Positions 54,900 to 64,000 of a DNA stretch of 64,000 bases are shown here, in pieces (the stretch's first letter is position 1; every line of letters begins with the position of its first letter). The translations under genes were made by a program, and so were the position numbers. The stretch spans positions 2,313 to 66,312 of the forward strand of contig JARGFQ010000016.1 in the NCBI GenBank assembly GCA_029210565.1, written 5' to 3'. This DNA comes from Bacteroidales bacterium (GTDB lineage: Bacteria > Bacteroidota > Bacteroidia > Bacteroidales > VadinHA17). Below the pieces are notes generated by a model, which ran no database searches, was not told where the DNA came from, and saw nothing but the letters and a program-made list of their open reading frames with translations.

Positions 54900-55595
54900 A
54901 TGAAAATCAAAGGTTTAGTAATCCTCGCCGTGGCGGCATCCATGATTGCATCTTCATGCAATACAAGGTCAAGCATCACCGGCACAAAGCTGAAGAGTGC
55001 AGAAGACTCTCTTGCATATGCAATAGGCATTGCCAATTATTTCTATTTCATGAGCGACAGTCTCGAAATTGACCCTGTACTTTTTGCCAAGGGGATGATC
55101 GATGCTGAGAATGAAAAGAACACACTTGATGAACAAACTGCACAGGGTTATGTTATGACCTATATGCAAAATAGACAGGCAGATCAGATGAAAAAAGCTT
55201 ACGGAAAGAACATAGACGAAGGTGAAAATTTCCTTGCAGAGAATAAAAAGCGTGAAGGCGTCCAGGAGACAAGCAGCGGACTGCAATATGAAGTAATCAC
55301 CATGGGCACCGGAGACAAACCGGGTCCTCAGGATATGGTTAAAGTCCATTACACCGGCATGCTCCTTGACAGCACCAAGTTTGACTCCTCGCTTGACCGC
55401 GGTGAGCCCGCTCAGTTCGGTGTGAACCAGGTCATCACCGGATGGCAGGAAGGTATCCAGCTGATGCCCGTCGGATCCAAATTCAAGTTCTACATTCCTT
55501 ATGAACTGGGTTACGGCGAACAGGGCACCGGCCCTATCCCACCCTACTCGACGCTCCTCTTTGAGGTTGAGCTGCTCGAGATCGTGAAGGAATAA
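54900..55595 (+). CDS. FKBP-type peptidyl-prolyl isomerase, lipoprotein paralog
   Basis: 231 aa. The lipobox-like segment IASSC is present. [27 protein letters not shown]. Confidence 0.9.
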   Translation: MKIKGLVILAVAASMIASSCNTRSSITGTKLKSAEDSLAYAIGIANYFYFMSDSLEIDPVLFAKGMIDAENEKNTLDEQTAQGYVMTYMQNRQADQMKKAYGKNIDEGENFLAENKKREGVQETSSGLQYEVITMGTGDKPGPQDMVKVHYTGMLLDSTKFDSSLDRGEPAQFGVNQVITGWQEGIQLMPVGSKFKFYIPYELGYGEQGTGPIPPYSTLLFEVELLEIVKE

Positions 55596-55602
55596 AACAA
55601 CA

Positions 55603-55986
55603 ATGGAATACCAGATCGCAGGCAAAGTTGCCGAGGTTTACCCTGTCAACAGGGTCAGTGAACGCTTCCGCAAGCGCGAGTTCGTGATTGAACACAAGGA
55701 TAGCAGCAGCGGACAGGCATTCGTTGACTTCATCAAGTTCCAGCTGACCCAGGAGAGGTGTGACCTCATCGATGAGTCATGGCTGAGGCAGGAGGTGACA
55801 GTCACTTTCAACCTCAAAGGCAACCGCTGGGAAAAGAACGGGATGGTGAATTACATCACCAACCTCAACGCCCTGAGCGTCGTCCGTGGTGTTGCTGTGC
55901 CTGAGGGCGGAGAGCAGCTTGCTGCCCTCCCTAAGCTTGAAGATGCCCCCTCACCCGACCCCGAGCTCGACGACCTGCCGTTCTGA
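55603..55986 (+). CDS. DUF3127-family protein
   Basis: 127 aa. N-terminal OB-like region MEYQIAGKV...FRKREFVIE. Confidence 0.55.
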   Translation: MEYQIAGKVAEVYPVNRVSERFRKREFVIEHKDSSSGQAFVDFIKFQLTQERCDLIDESWLRQEVTVTFNLKGNRWEKNGMVNYITNLNALSVVRGVAVPEGGEQLAALPKLEDAPSPDPELDDLPF

Positions 55987-56007
55987 ACTTACTCCACCAA
56001 CTGTATC

Positions 56008-56041
56008 AATGCCATATCTCCAACGATATGGCATTTTTTTC
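56008..56041 (+). terminator. Rho-independent terminator
   Basis: AATGCCATATC-TCCAAC-GATATGGCATT followed by TTTTTTT. Confidence 0.8.
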
Positions 56042-56073
56042 ATTACTTGATGGTCTTCAGCCAATGGGTGAAA

Positions 56074-56153
56074 CCTTACCGCGTAGCGGTTACAGTGTTG
56101 TAGGTCATGCACCAGAATTAGATCCTTATCGCGTAGCGGTTATAGTATTGTAG
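56074..56153. repeat. Two 30-nt copies (50-nt period) of a hairpin(GTA loop)...TTGTAG repeat related to the 33.7-kb array
   Basis: CCTTACCGCGTAGCGGTTACAGTGTTGTAG (56074-56103) and CCTTATCGCGTAGCGGTTATAGTATTGTAG (56124-56153). Confidence 0.8.
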
Positions 56154-56166
56154 AACAAAAAGAATA

Positions 56167-56174
56167 TATATTTG
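56167..56174 (+). promoter_or_regulatory. Candidate -7 promoter box
   Basis: TATATTTG matches TAnnTTTG. It lies 21 nt upstream of the ATG at 56195. Confidence 0.4.
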
Positions 56175-56194
56175 TCTCAATACAGTCCAAACCC

Positions 56195-58297
56195 ATGAAC
56201 CACAATATTGAAACCCCCAACCCCCTTCTTCAGGAGTGGAACACCCCCTTCAACATTGCGCCCTTTGAGCTCATTAAGCCGGAACACTACAGGCCTGCCG
56301 TAGAGCAGGCCATAGAAAAGGCTCGACAGGAGATAGACGACATCATTGCCGATCCGGCTGAGCCTGACTTCCGGAATACAATTGAGGCGCTGGAGAGGGC
56401 AGGCAGTCTTCTTAACCAAATCACCGCATTTCTCTTTAACCTGAACAGCGCCGACACCACACCTGAGCTTCAGGCAGCGGCCATGGAGGTCTCACCCCTG
56501 CTGACCAACTTTGCCAATGACATCACACTAAATCCGGCCCTTTTCCGGAAAGTGAAAAGTGTTTACGATAAAATGGATCAGCCGGGTCTGAACGCTGAGC
56601 AACGCATACTTCTCGACCGTAAGTACAAAGGCTTTGTCAGGGGCGGGGCAGCACTCTCCGACAGCGACAAGAAAAAATGCAGGGAGATAACAGTAGAGCT
56701 CTCAACCCTCTCTCTGAAGTTTGAAGAAAATGTGCTGGCTGAAACGAACGATTTCACCCTTCATCTCACCTCGGAGGATGAGCTGGCAGGACTGCCCTCC
56801 GGTATCCGAGAGGCAGCGGCAGCCCTTGCAAAAGAAAAGGGTCTGGAGGGGTGGCTCTTCACGCTTCATGCTCCCAGTTTCGTGCCCTTCATGCAGTACG
56901 CCGACCGTCGCGACCTGAGGGAGAAGCTCTTCCGGGCCTATTCCGTGCGCGCCTTCCGTGGCAATAAGCACGACAACAGCTCAATTGTGAAACGGATAGT
57001 TGAACTGAGACTGCAGCTGGCACAACTGCTCGGCTTCGGCGACTATGCATCATACGCCCTTGAAGATCGTATGGCATCCACACCTGAAGAGGTAAACAGC
57101 TTCCTTGAGAAGCTGCTGGAGGCATCAACACCTGCCGGCAAACGCGATCTGGAAGAAATAGAGCAATATGCCCGCAGGTTGGGTCATAATGCAAAGATCG
57201 AGCGATGGGACTGGGCTTATTATTCAGAAAAGCTGCGCCTGGAGCGGTTTAAGATCGACGATGAGGTGCTGCGGCCATACATGCCACTGGAGAAGGTGAG
57301 AGAAGCAGTGCTGGGCCTGGCCACAACGCTCTATGGTCTGACCTTCAGGGAGAACAGTGAAATACCGGTTTACAGTCATGAGGTGACCGCATATGAGGTT
57401 CATGACAGTGACAGGGGTATCATAGCCATTCTCATGCTCGACCCTCATCCGCGGCCGGGCAAGAGCGGCGGCGCATGGATGACCGGCTTCCGTGAACAGA
57501 GCCGGGAGCCGGTGACAGAGGTTGACAGCCGCAGACATGTTGAGGCCGGGAGGAGGGTAATCCCGGTGGTCTCACTGGTGATGAATTTTACACGTCCGAC
57601 CCCTGTCGGGCCGTCGCTGCTCTCTCACAGTGAGATGAATACCTTCCTCCACGAGTTCGGCCATGCTCTTCACGGCATGCTGTCGGACTGCACCTATGAG
57701 AGCCTGGCAGGCACCAACGTGAAGCGCGACTTTGTGGAGCTGTCTTCGCAGATAATGGAGAACTGGGCGTGGGAGAAAGAGTGGCTCGACACCTGGGCAG
57801 CGCACTGGCAGACCGGAGAGAAGATACCTGATGAGATACTGATGAAACTGAAGGAGTCGCTGACCTATAACGAGGGGTATGCGTGCATGCGGCAGCTCAG
57901 CTTCGGCCTTCTCGACATGGCATGGCACACCCTCAAGGAGCCGTTTGACGATGACATAGTGGCGTTTGAGAGGGCAGCCATGGCCCCTGCCCTGCTGCTC
58001 CCCCACGCCGACAGCTCATGCATGAGCGTCTCCTATGCCCACCTCTTCTCCGGAGGCTATGCGGCAGGATACTACGGATACAAATGGGCCGAGGTGCTTG
58101 ATGCCGATGCCTTCAGCCTGTTCAGGGAGAGAGGCATTTTCGACCGGGAGACAGCCCTGGCCTTCAGGAAAAACATCCTGGAAAAGGGCGGCAGCAGGGA
58201 GCCTGACGAGCTCTACCGCAACTTCCGCGGCCGCGAACCATCACTGGAACCGCTGATTGAGAGAAGCGGATTCAAAGAAGTGCAAACTGGTACCTGA
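56195..58297 (+). CDS. dcp: M3-family peptidyl-dipeptidase (Dcp)
   Basis: 700 aa. HEFGHALH zinc motif. M3 layout. Confidence 0.9.
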   Translation: MNHNIETPNPLLQEWNTPFNIAPFELIKPEHYRPAVEQAIEKARQEIDDIIADPAEPDFRNTIEALERAGSLLNQITAFLFNLNSADTTPELQAAAMEVSPLLTNFANDITLNPALFRKVKSVYDKMDQPGLNAEQRILLDRKYKGFVRGGAALSDSDKKKCREITVELSTLSLKFEENVLAETNDFTLHLTSEDELAGLPSGIREAAAALAKEKGLEGWLFTLHAPSFVPFMQYADRRDLREKLFRAYSVRAFRGNKHDNSSIVKRIVELRLQLAQLLGFGDYASYALEDRMASTPEEVNSFLEKLLEASTPAGKRDLEEIEQYARRLGHNAKIERWDWAYYSEKLRLERFKIDDEVLRPYMPLEKVREAVLGLATTLYGLTFRENSEIPVYSHEVTAYEVHDSDRGIIAILMLDPHPRPGKSGGAWMTGFREQSREPVTEVDSRRHVEAGRRVIPVVSLVMNFTRPTPVGPSLLSHSEMNTFLHEFGHALHGMLSDCTYESLAGTNVKRDFVELSSQIMENWAWEKEWLDTWAAHWQTGEKIPDEILMKLKESLTYNEGYACMRQLSFGLLDMAWHTLKEPFDDDIVAFERAAMAPALLLPHADSSCMSVSYAHLFSGGYAAGYYGYKWAEVLDADAFSLFRERGIFDRETALAFRKNILEKGGSREPDELYRNFRGREPSLEPLIERSGFKEVQTGT

Positions 58298-58340
58298 AGT
58301 TTACAATCAGACCATCATTCCTTATCAAATTATCGAGCAT

Positions 58341-58374
58341 AATAAAAGGGGTGTCAGGAAATCCTGGCACCCCC
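58341..58374 (-). terminator. Terminator hairpin between the convergent dcp and susD-like genes
   Basis: GGGGTGTCAGG-AAAT-CCTGGCACCCC. On the minus strand it is followed by TTTTATT. Confidence 0.6.
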
Positions 58375-58398
58375 TCAATCTGATACTGAATTAAACTA

Positions 58399-60324
58399 TT
58401 ATTCTTTATCCCACCAAACGGGATCACTCCATATGGCATCCTGCATTGCAAGAGGATTTGATGCCATCAATTGCTCATTGTTATAGTTGCTTTCATGAGC
58501 GCTGTGGTTGAAACGACGGAACCAGTATGTCGGATCGGAAGGACTGGTCCCGGTCATGATATTGGTTGCGGTAAATTCATAAGGTCTCTTGTAGTCTTTG
58601 TAGACTACCCCAAAGCTACCAATGTTACCTGCGCTGTAGTTGAAACGGCGCATGTCATTCCAGTTCTGCATGTTTATCCCAAGGGCGATCAGCTTCTGTT
58701 GCATGATATCGGCCATGGTGAGAGCTGAAGCTGTCTGAGCAACAGCCGGGCTTGCCAGGTAAGCGGCAATATCTCCCTCATCCATCGGCATCTGATCAGG
58801 GTTAATGGTGCCGGCCGACACCCATTCATTCAGCTTAGTCTGCATGCGGTCGAAGCTGGCCTGAATGCCTGCCCTGTATGCAGTGAAAGCTTCCGGCGCA
58901 TTACCTTGCCTCAGGTAAACCTCTGCTTTGATGAAACACATCTCGGCATAGGTAAGAATATCAGAATCAGAATCTGGTCTGGCAAAGAAAGTCCCTGTAC
59001 CCCCGACAGCAGGTTCACTGCTGACCGGATAGTAATACATGTCAGTAACAGACCTGCCGCTGGTTGACATGCTGTTGGATCTCATGTTCACAAATACGGT
59101 ATCACCGGCCCTTTTGTGGTTTGTGCTGTTAATATAGAAAGAGCCCCCCGGATAGGTGACGGCAACTGAAGTCCCGTCAACTGTGTAAGGATGAGGCACA
59201 GCAGCAATGAAAGCAGCTCTTTCCGTATCATCAGAAATTGTATATTCAATTGTTCTTTCTGTCGCTGTATATGAATAATTTGACGGGCCGCTGTTCTGCC
59301 TGATATCAGAGTACATTATATCAACACCTACATCCCTGACCCAGTCATAATCGACTATATCACCCGAGGAGTTCAATTCAATGTTCGTCATCATTGCAGG
59401 AAGAAGCTTGGACATTCGCGGGTCAATAACACCCGAACCGCCCGTGAAATTATTAGTCAGCAGATTAGCGTACCATCTTGTAGAGCGCTGTGATGAACCG
59501 TAGGCGGCATAATCCCATGTGACATTAGCCTGATAGGGATCGCCGGTAGTAAACATAGTGGGATCACCCTCAACGTTGTAATGGCTCAAAATGATATTAT
59601 CGGCATTTGACTGGGGGGCATTTTGCAGGGCAGCCAGAACAGCATCAGGATCATATATAGATTTCTTTGAGACCTGAAGCAGATAGCGGGCTTTGAGGCC
59701 ATAGCATAACTTGATCCATTTGTTGACATCACCGTAATTCCATGCATCTCCCTCAGAAAGAGCCGGAGCACCGGCCTCCTGTGCCATACCAAAGTATTCA
59801 ATGGCTTTATCCAGGTCTTCCATACATCCATCGTAGATGACATCTCCCTGGTCGTAGACAGGGTTATACTTCCCGGTCATGGCTTCCGTATATGGCATCT
59901 CCCCGTAGATGTCGAGCATCATCAGAAAACCCATGGACTTGATACAGTAAGCTGCTCCCAGATAGTGATAAGCACCTGCCTCTTCTGCTTTCTCAATCAG
60001 AGGTTTCAGGTTGACAGCCGCACCAAGGAACCAGTTCTGGTAGATGGTAGTACAACTTCTCTGTGATGGGTTCCAGGCAACAAGCCTGCTATTGGAACTG
60101 GTTGAAGAACGGTAGCCAAGTGTCCCGTTAATGAAGCTGGAACGAACGTTTGCAACACCCCATGCATACAGGTAGTAGTGCTGTATCCAGGGAAGCCTGA
60201 TTTCCGGCGTCGCACTCTGATCATTTGGGTTATCAGGGTCAACGTTGACATCCAGCCACTTCTCACAGGAGGACGACCCTAAGAGGAAGATCAGACTTAG
60301 TGTTATATACAATATCTTTTTCAT
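58399..60324 (-). CDS. SusD/RagB-family nutrient-binding lipoprotein
   Basis: 641 aa. Lipobox LLGSSSC. It sits directly downstream of the SusC-like gene. Confidence 0.88.
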   Translation of the reverse strand: MKKILYITLSLIFLLGSSSCEKWLDVNVDPDNPNDQSATPEIRLPWIQHYYLYAWGVANVRSSFINGTLGYRSSTSSNSRLVAWNPSQRSCTTIYQNWFLGAAVNLKPLIEKAEEAGAYHYLGAAYCIKSMGFLMMLDIYGEMPYTEAMTGKYNPVYDQGDVIYDGCMEDLDKAIEYFGMAQEAGAPALSEGDAWNYGDVNKWIKLCYGLKARYLLQVSKKSIYDPDAVLAALQNAPQSNADNIILSHYNVEGDPTMFTTGDPYQANVTWDYAAYGSSQRSTRWYANLLTNNFTGGSGVIDPRMSKLLPAMMTNIELNSSGDIVDYDWVRDVGVDIMYSDIRQNSGPSNYSYTATERTIEYTISDDTERAAFIAAVPHPYTVDGTSVAVTYPGGSFYINSTNHKRAGDTVFVNMRSNSMSTSGRSVTDMYYYPVSSEPAVGGTGTFFARPDSDSDILTYAEMCFIKAEVYLRQGNAPEAFTAYRAGIQASFDRMQTKLNEWVSAGTINPDQMPMDEGDIAAYLASPAVAQTASALTMADIMQQKLIALGINMQNWNDMRRFNYSAGNIGSFGVVYKDYKRPYEFTATNIMTGTSPSDPTYWFRRFNHSAHESNYNNEQLMASNPLAMQDAIWSDPVWWDKE

Positions 60325-60348
60325 AATCCTATGTTGTTAAATCCGTTA

Positions 60349-63300
60349 TTAAAATGTGACATTGAGTCCGAAAGTGACATTCCTGGTAGCCGGGACACCG
60401 CAATAATCGATACCCATCGAGCCGGAGCCTCCCGTTCCTGAACCGGAGACGCTGACCTCGGGATCCATACCTTTATAGTTGGTCCATAGCCAGAGGTTAT
60501 ACCCTGCTACCGAAGCGGAGAGGCCTTTTATGTACTTGTTGTTACCAAGCAGGCCGCCAAAGTCGTATGACAGCGACATGGAGCGAAGCCTTAACCAGTT
60601 AGTACTGGTCATGAAATTGTAGGCGTTATTGGCATAGTTTAACCAGTATTGCTGTATCATATACTCACCTGAATATGAAGCACCGCCTATATTGTAGGTC
60701 TGCCCGGCTTGATAGGTATAGGAAAGCGGTTCATTGGTTGAAGAGGAGACGCCTGTAACAGTGACAGATTCACGATCCAGAGTCCTCATGCTCAAGCCAT
60801 TCACTGTGAGGAAATACTCTGTACCGTTGTAGATGTCTCCACCTTTCCTTATGTCAAACAGTAAGGAGAAATTCAGGTTCTTATAACGGAAATTGTTATT
60901 CAGTCCCCCGATGAAGTCCGGTTCACGGTTACCGATGACGTTGGTTGTAACCTTCGTGTTCTTGTAAAGTCCGGTAACTTCGTCAATCAGGTACCTTCCG
61001 TCGGGTATCTCGTTATCCTCCTCGTCTTTTTCTCTCTCCCAGTAATCGCCTGTCAGACCAAGGAAGTATCCTCCGTTGGGGATGGAGGCAGCTTTCACTC
61101 CCCCGATCTGAACGTCGGTCACATAGAATAGCCCTACACCCGGGAGAAATTCACCCAGCGTGCCGCGGTTCCCGGAGAGGTTCAGGGTCAGATCCCAGGT
61201 AAAATCCTGGCTCTTTACAGGAGTGGCGTTAATTGAAAGCTCCATTCCCTTGTTGTGTACCGAGCCGCTGTTCAGCGTCAGAAAAATAAATCCTGTCGAC
61301 TGTGCAAGGCGAGGACTTGCCAGCTGGTTTTTGGTCACACTGGTGTAGTAAGTAAAGTCTAACCCCAACCTGCCTTGAAGAAATTGTAATTCCGTACCGA
61401 ACTCGGTCGATGTCTGTATCTCGGGAACAAGATTCGGGCTTCCTCCTGTCCAGCTGTTACCCGTACCTACGAACTGAGCGCTGACCACCTGGGGTGCCCA
61501 GAGATAAGTGTTCGTGGCATAGGCACCGGCGTCCTTACCAACCTGAGCCCAGGAGGCACGGATCTTTCCGAATGAGAGTATGTCATTTTTCGGAAGCAGC
61601 TCCGTAAACACAAGGCTACCTGATACTGACGGATAGAAATATGACCTGTTCTCTATGGGCAGTGTTGACGACCAGTCGTTTCGTCCCGTCACCGTTAGGT
61701 ATGCAATGCTCTTGTATGAGGCCCTGAATTCACCGAAAGCACCCACCAGGCGTTTTGTTACATTCCTTTCAGTGAAGAACTTGGTGTCGTCAACAATATT
61801 CGCAAAGCTTATCGTACCTGCTGTGGAGAAACCGTAACCCCAGTTTGTCCGCAATACCCTGTTGGTATTCTCAACTGTATGACCCAAAAGTAGGTTCAGA
61901 TCGAAGTCCCCTACACTCTTGTTGAAATTGAGCATCAGGTTTGATGTAATAAACTCATAGTCAGAACTGCTCTTGCTGAGTCGGCCATCCTGGTATTTCT
62001 CAAGCACGGATCCTCCGGGAGCGATATAGGTAAAAGCCCCGCTCTTGTAGGTGTCGTAACCGACACGGTAAATGATGTTGAACCATTCAGTCACGTCTAT
62101 AGAGGCATTGATACCCCCGGTGAAGCGGTTGACTTCATCGGTCAGTTTGTTCTTGTTGATGATCCAGTAAGGATTTTCAACTTCATCTGCCAGTTCCAGC
62201 AGGCCTTCGAATCTCCTGTATTTGCTGCCGTCTTCATTCAGGTAGCGCGACATGTCATCACTGCGTGCCCATCCGTAGGTAGCAGTCATTGTACCGTTGC
62301 CACCACCGTTATAGAGTCCGGCTGACGTTAGTGTCTTGGCCGTATTCGAAATCGAATAGGCTGCATTTGCCCCCACTGTCAGTTTGCCGTATTTTTGCTC
62401 ACCATTGAACCTGAATGTGGTCTTGTCATATCCGGTCAGGGGCACAACGCCAGTCTGGTCAAAATTGGAGACAGAGAGATAAAAGCTGTTGCTCTTGCTT
62501 CCGCCGGAGATGCTCAGACTGTTATCGAATACATTGCCTCCCTGGAAGAAGTTACCCACGTTGTCATAGACAGTACCGGTGATCGGATTGCCCCATGACT
62601 GGGTAGTAAAGTCACTGAAAACTCCAGCCTGGTTATAGAACCCCCTGCCGTAAACACCCTGAAGCTCTGGCAGTATACCGGTCCAGGAGTATGAGTATTT
62701 TGAATTGAAGTCGATTTTTATGGGGCCTTCACTTCCTCTCTTTGTTGTAATGACAACCACACCGTCTGCGGCACGTGAACCGTACAGTGCGGAAGCAGCA
62801 GCACCCTTAAGGATCGACATGCTTTCAATATCATCCGGGTTGATATCCATCACGCGGTTACCGAATGATGTATTCACCTTGGTTACACCGTCGGTTCCCG
62901 AGTTACCGCTGTTTACGGTTGAGTTATCATAGATAATACCGTCAACCACGAACAGGGGCTGGTTGTCGCGCGATTCACTGGCTGAGTTGCCTCCGCGGAT
63001 GATAATTGTAGATCCGGAGCCGGCTGAACCGCTTGACTGGGTGATATTTACCCCGGCAACCTTTCCGGCAAGGGAGTTGATGATGTTGGTCTGCTTGTTC
63101 CTCATGATCTCATCGCTCTTGAGATCCTGAACGGCATAGCCCAGGGCTTTCTTCTCCTTTTCGATACCGAGAGCAGTGACCACAACCTCCTCAACCATCA
63201 CAGATGATTCTACCATTGTGAGGTTTATAACTGACCTGTTATTAACAGGAACTCTCTCACTCTCCATTCCGATAGCAGAGAAGAGAAGCACACCGTTTGA

Positions 63301-63522
63301 GGGGACCTCAATCGAGTATGTGCCGTCATAGTCTGTTGCCACGCCGGTGGTAGTACCTTCAATCAGTACCGTCACCCCCGGGATTGGCAGACCGGCGTTG
63401 TCTGTAACCTTGCCGGTCACTCTTGTATTCTGGGCGGATAACGTCCAGGAAACAAGAAGCAGGGCAAACACCGAAAGTATAAAGCGCTTACACCATTCGG
63501 TCATTTTTTTGGACATCAACAT
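60349..63522 (-). CDS. SusC/RagA-family TonB-dependent outer-membrane transporter
   Basis: 1057 aa. CarboxypepD_reg-like N-terminal domain (VTGKVTDNAGLPIPGVTVLIEGT), a plug domain, and a C-terminal ...TFGLNVTF beta-barrel end. Confidence 0.92.
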   Translation of the reverse strand: MLMSKKMTEWCKRFILSVFALLLVSWTLSAQNTRVTGKVTDNAGLPIPGVTVLIEGTTTGVATDYDGTYSIEVPSNGVLLFSAIGMESERVPVNNRSVINLTMVESSVMVEEVVVTALGIEKEKKALGYAVQDLKSDEIMRNKQTNIINSLAGKVAGVNITQSSGSAGSGSTIIIRGGNSASESRDNQPLFVVDGIIYDNSTVNSGNSGTDGVTKVNTSFGNRVMDINPDDIESMSILKGAAASALYGSRAADGVVVITTKRGSEGPIKIDFNSKYSYSWTGILPELQGVYGRGFYNQAGVFSDFTTQSWGNPITGTVYDNVGNFFQGGNVFDNSLSISGGSKSNSFYLSVSNFDQTGVVPLTGYDKTTFRFNGEQKYGKLTVGANAAYSISNTAKTLTSAGLYNGGGNGTMTATYGWARSDDMSRYLNEDGSKYRRFEGLLELADEVENPYWIINKNKLTDEVNRFTGGINASIDVTEWFNIIYRVGYDTYKSGAFTYIAPGGSVLEKYQDGRLSKSSSDYEFITSNLMLNFNKSVGDFDLNLLLGHTVENTNRVLRTNWGYGFSTAGTISFANIVDDTKFFTERNVTKRLVGAFGEFRASYKSIAYLTVTGRNDWSSTLPIENRSYFYPSVSGSLVFTELLPKNDILSFGKIRASWAQVGKDAGAYATNTYLWAPQVVSAQFVGTGNSWTGGSPNLVPEIQTSTEFGTELQFLQGRLGLDFTYYTSVTKNQLASPRLAQSTGFIFLTLNSGSVHNKGMELSINATPVKSQDFTWDLTLNLSGNRGTLGEFLPGVGLFYVTDVQIGGVKAASIPNGGYFLGLTGDYWEREKDEEDNEIPDGRYLIDEVTGLYKNTKVTTNVIGNREPDFIGGLNNNFRYKNLNFSLLFDIRKGGDIYNGTEYFLTVNGLSMRTLDRESVTVTGVSSSTNEPLSYTYQAGQTYNIGGASYSGEYMIQQYWLNYANNAYNFMTSTNWLRLRSMSLSYDFGGLLGNNKYIKGLSASVAGYNLWLWTNYKGMDPEVSVSGSGTGGSGSMGIDYCGVPATRNVTFGLNVTF

Positions 63523-63707
63523 AAATCAATGTTTTAGGTTAGTAAATAGGGTTTTCTTAAATAATTGCCGATGCTGAAAACCAGCCGTCAATCAGACAAG
63601 AAAGATACAACAATTCATTTAACCAGAAAACAATTGTTAATATTTTCCCTCGATTCCGCTACCGGTAAGGCCGACACAAACAGGTGCAGATCCAGAGCCA
63701 TATCCAT

Positions 63708-63742
63708 AAAAAAAGCAGAGACGCACACAAGCGCGTCTCTGC
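63708..63742 (-). terminator. Rho-independent terminator of the upstream minus-strand gene
   Basis: Minus strand: GCAGAGACGC-gcttgtgt-GCGTCTCTGC followed by TTTTTTT. Confidence 0.8.
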
Positions 63743-63797
63743 AATATTAACCAACCCAAATTCTACCCCATCAACGGGGTAAACTTCATTGTTTCAT

Positions 63798-64000
63798 CTA
63801 CAGGGCATAGAACAACCTCACTGCTGCTCTGGGGTTTGCTGCCCTCATGCCGCAATAGATATGGTGAACACGTCTGTTAAGGTATCCTGTCCAGTAGTCG
63901 GAATAGTTGACAAAGTTACCGCTGGAGTTCATCACCTGAAGATCCCCCAGGATATTTCCGGCGTTGTCCACTACCTTGATCTTGTAGTATATGCGCCGCG
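63798..64000 (-). CDS. C-terminal fragment of an unidentified protein (N-terminus outside the window)
   Basis: My reverse-strand translation gives ...RRIYYKIKVVDNAGNILGDLQVMNSSGNFVNYSDYWTGYLNRRVHHIYCGMRAANPRAAVRLFYAL, with the stop at rc 63798-63800. It is not in the track because it is cut by the window edge. Confidence 0.45.
   Translation of the reverse strand, partial: RRIYYKIKVVDNAGNILGDLQVMNSSGNFVNYSDYWTGYLNRRVHHIYCGMRAANPRAAVRLFYAL

Overview
The window looks like a chromosomal segment of an anaerobic Bacteroidota genome. Evidence for that assignment is a SusC/SusD pair, TAnnTTTG-type -7 boxes, no Shine-Dalgarno sequences, and lipoprotein-rich glycan genes. I saw no tRNA, rRNA, CRISPR array, transposase or integrase.

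Gene content, left to right:
- a GH2 glycosidase cut by the window edge, an SNF2 helicase, and two Na+-coupled amino-acid transporters;
- a hydrogen-metabolism block (10.2-33.6 kb). It holds a HydABC-type [FeFe]-hydrogenase whose flavoprotein subunit is a bare NuoF core, a rex-hypFCDEAB operon, and a divergently transcribed 19-gene Mrp/Mbh-type group-4 [NiFe]-hydrogenase operon. That operon opens with a sulfhydrogenase/AsrAB-like NAD(P)H module, a degenerate cyclic-nucleotide-binding-domain protein and a HycB-like ferredoxin;
- a pectin/hexuronate cluster (kduI, kduD, DUF4861, GH105, CE8, uxaE-like, uxaC, eda, MFS, SDR), followed by HAD, a LarA-like protein, pdxB, gnd and tkt;
- housekeeping genes and a SusC/SusD pair.

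Most notable non-coding signals:
1. A ~95-nt structured element occurs in four intact and two decayed copies, always ending at a start codon. Its stem shows compensatory changes, it carries an anti-start-codon segment, and it is flanked by ATGAA direct repeats. One copy sits inside the hydrogenase operon.
2. A perfect Rex operator overlaps the rex start codon, and a second palindrome abuts the [NiFe] operon start.
3. Several families of short intergenic repeats are present, including a 6 x 28/29-nt tandem array.
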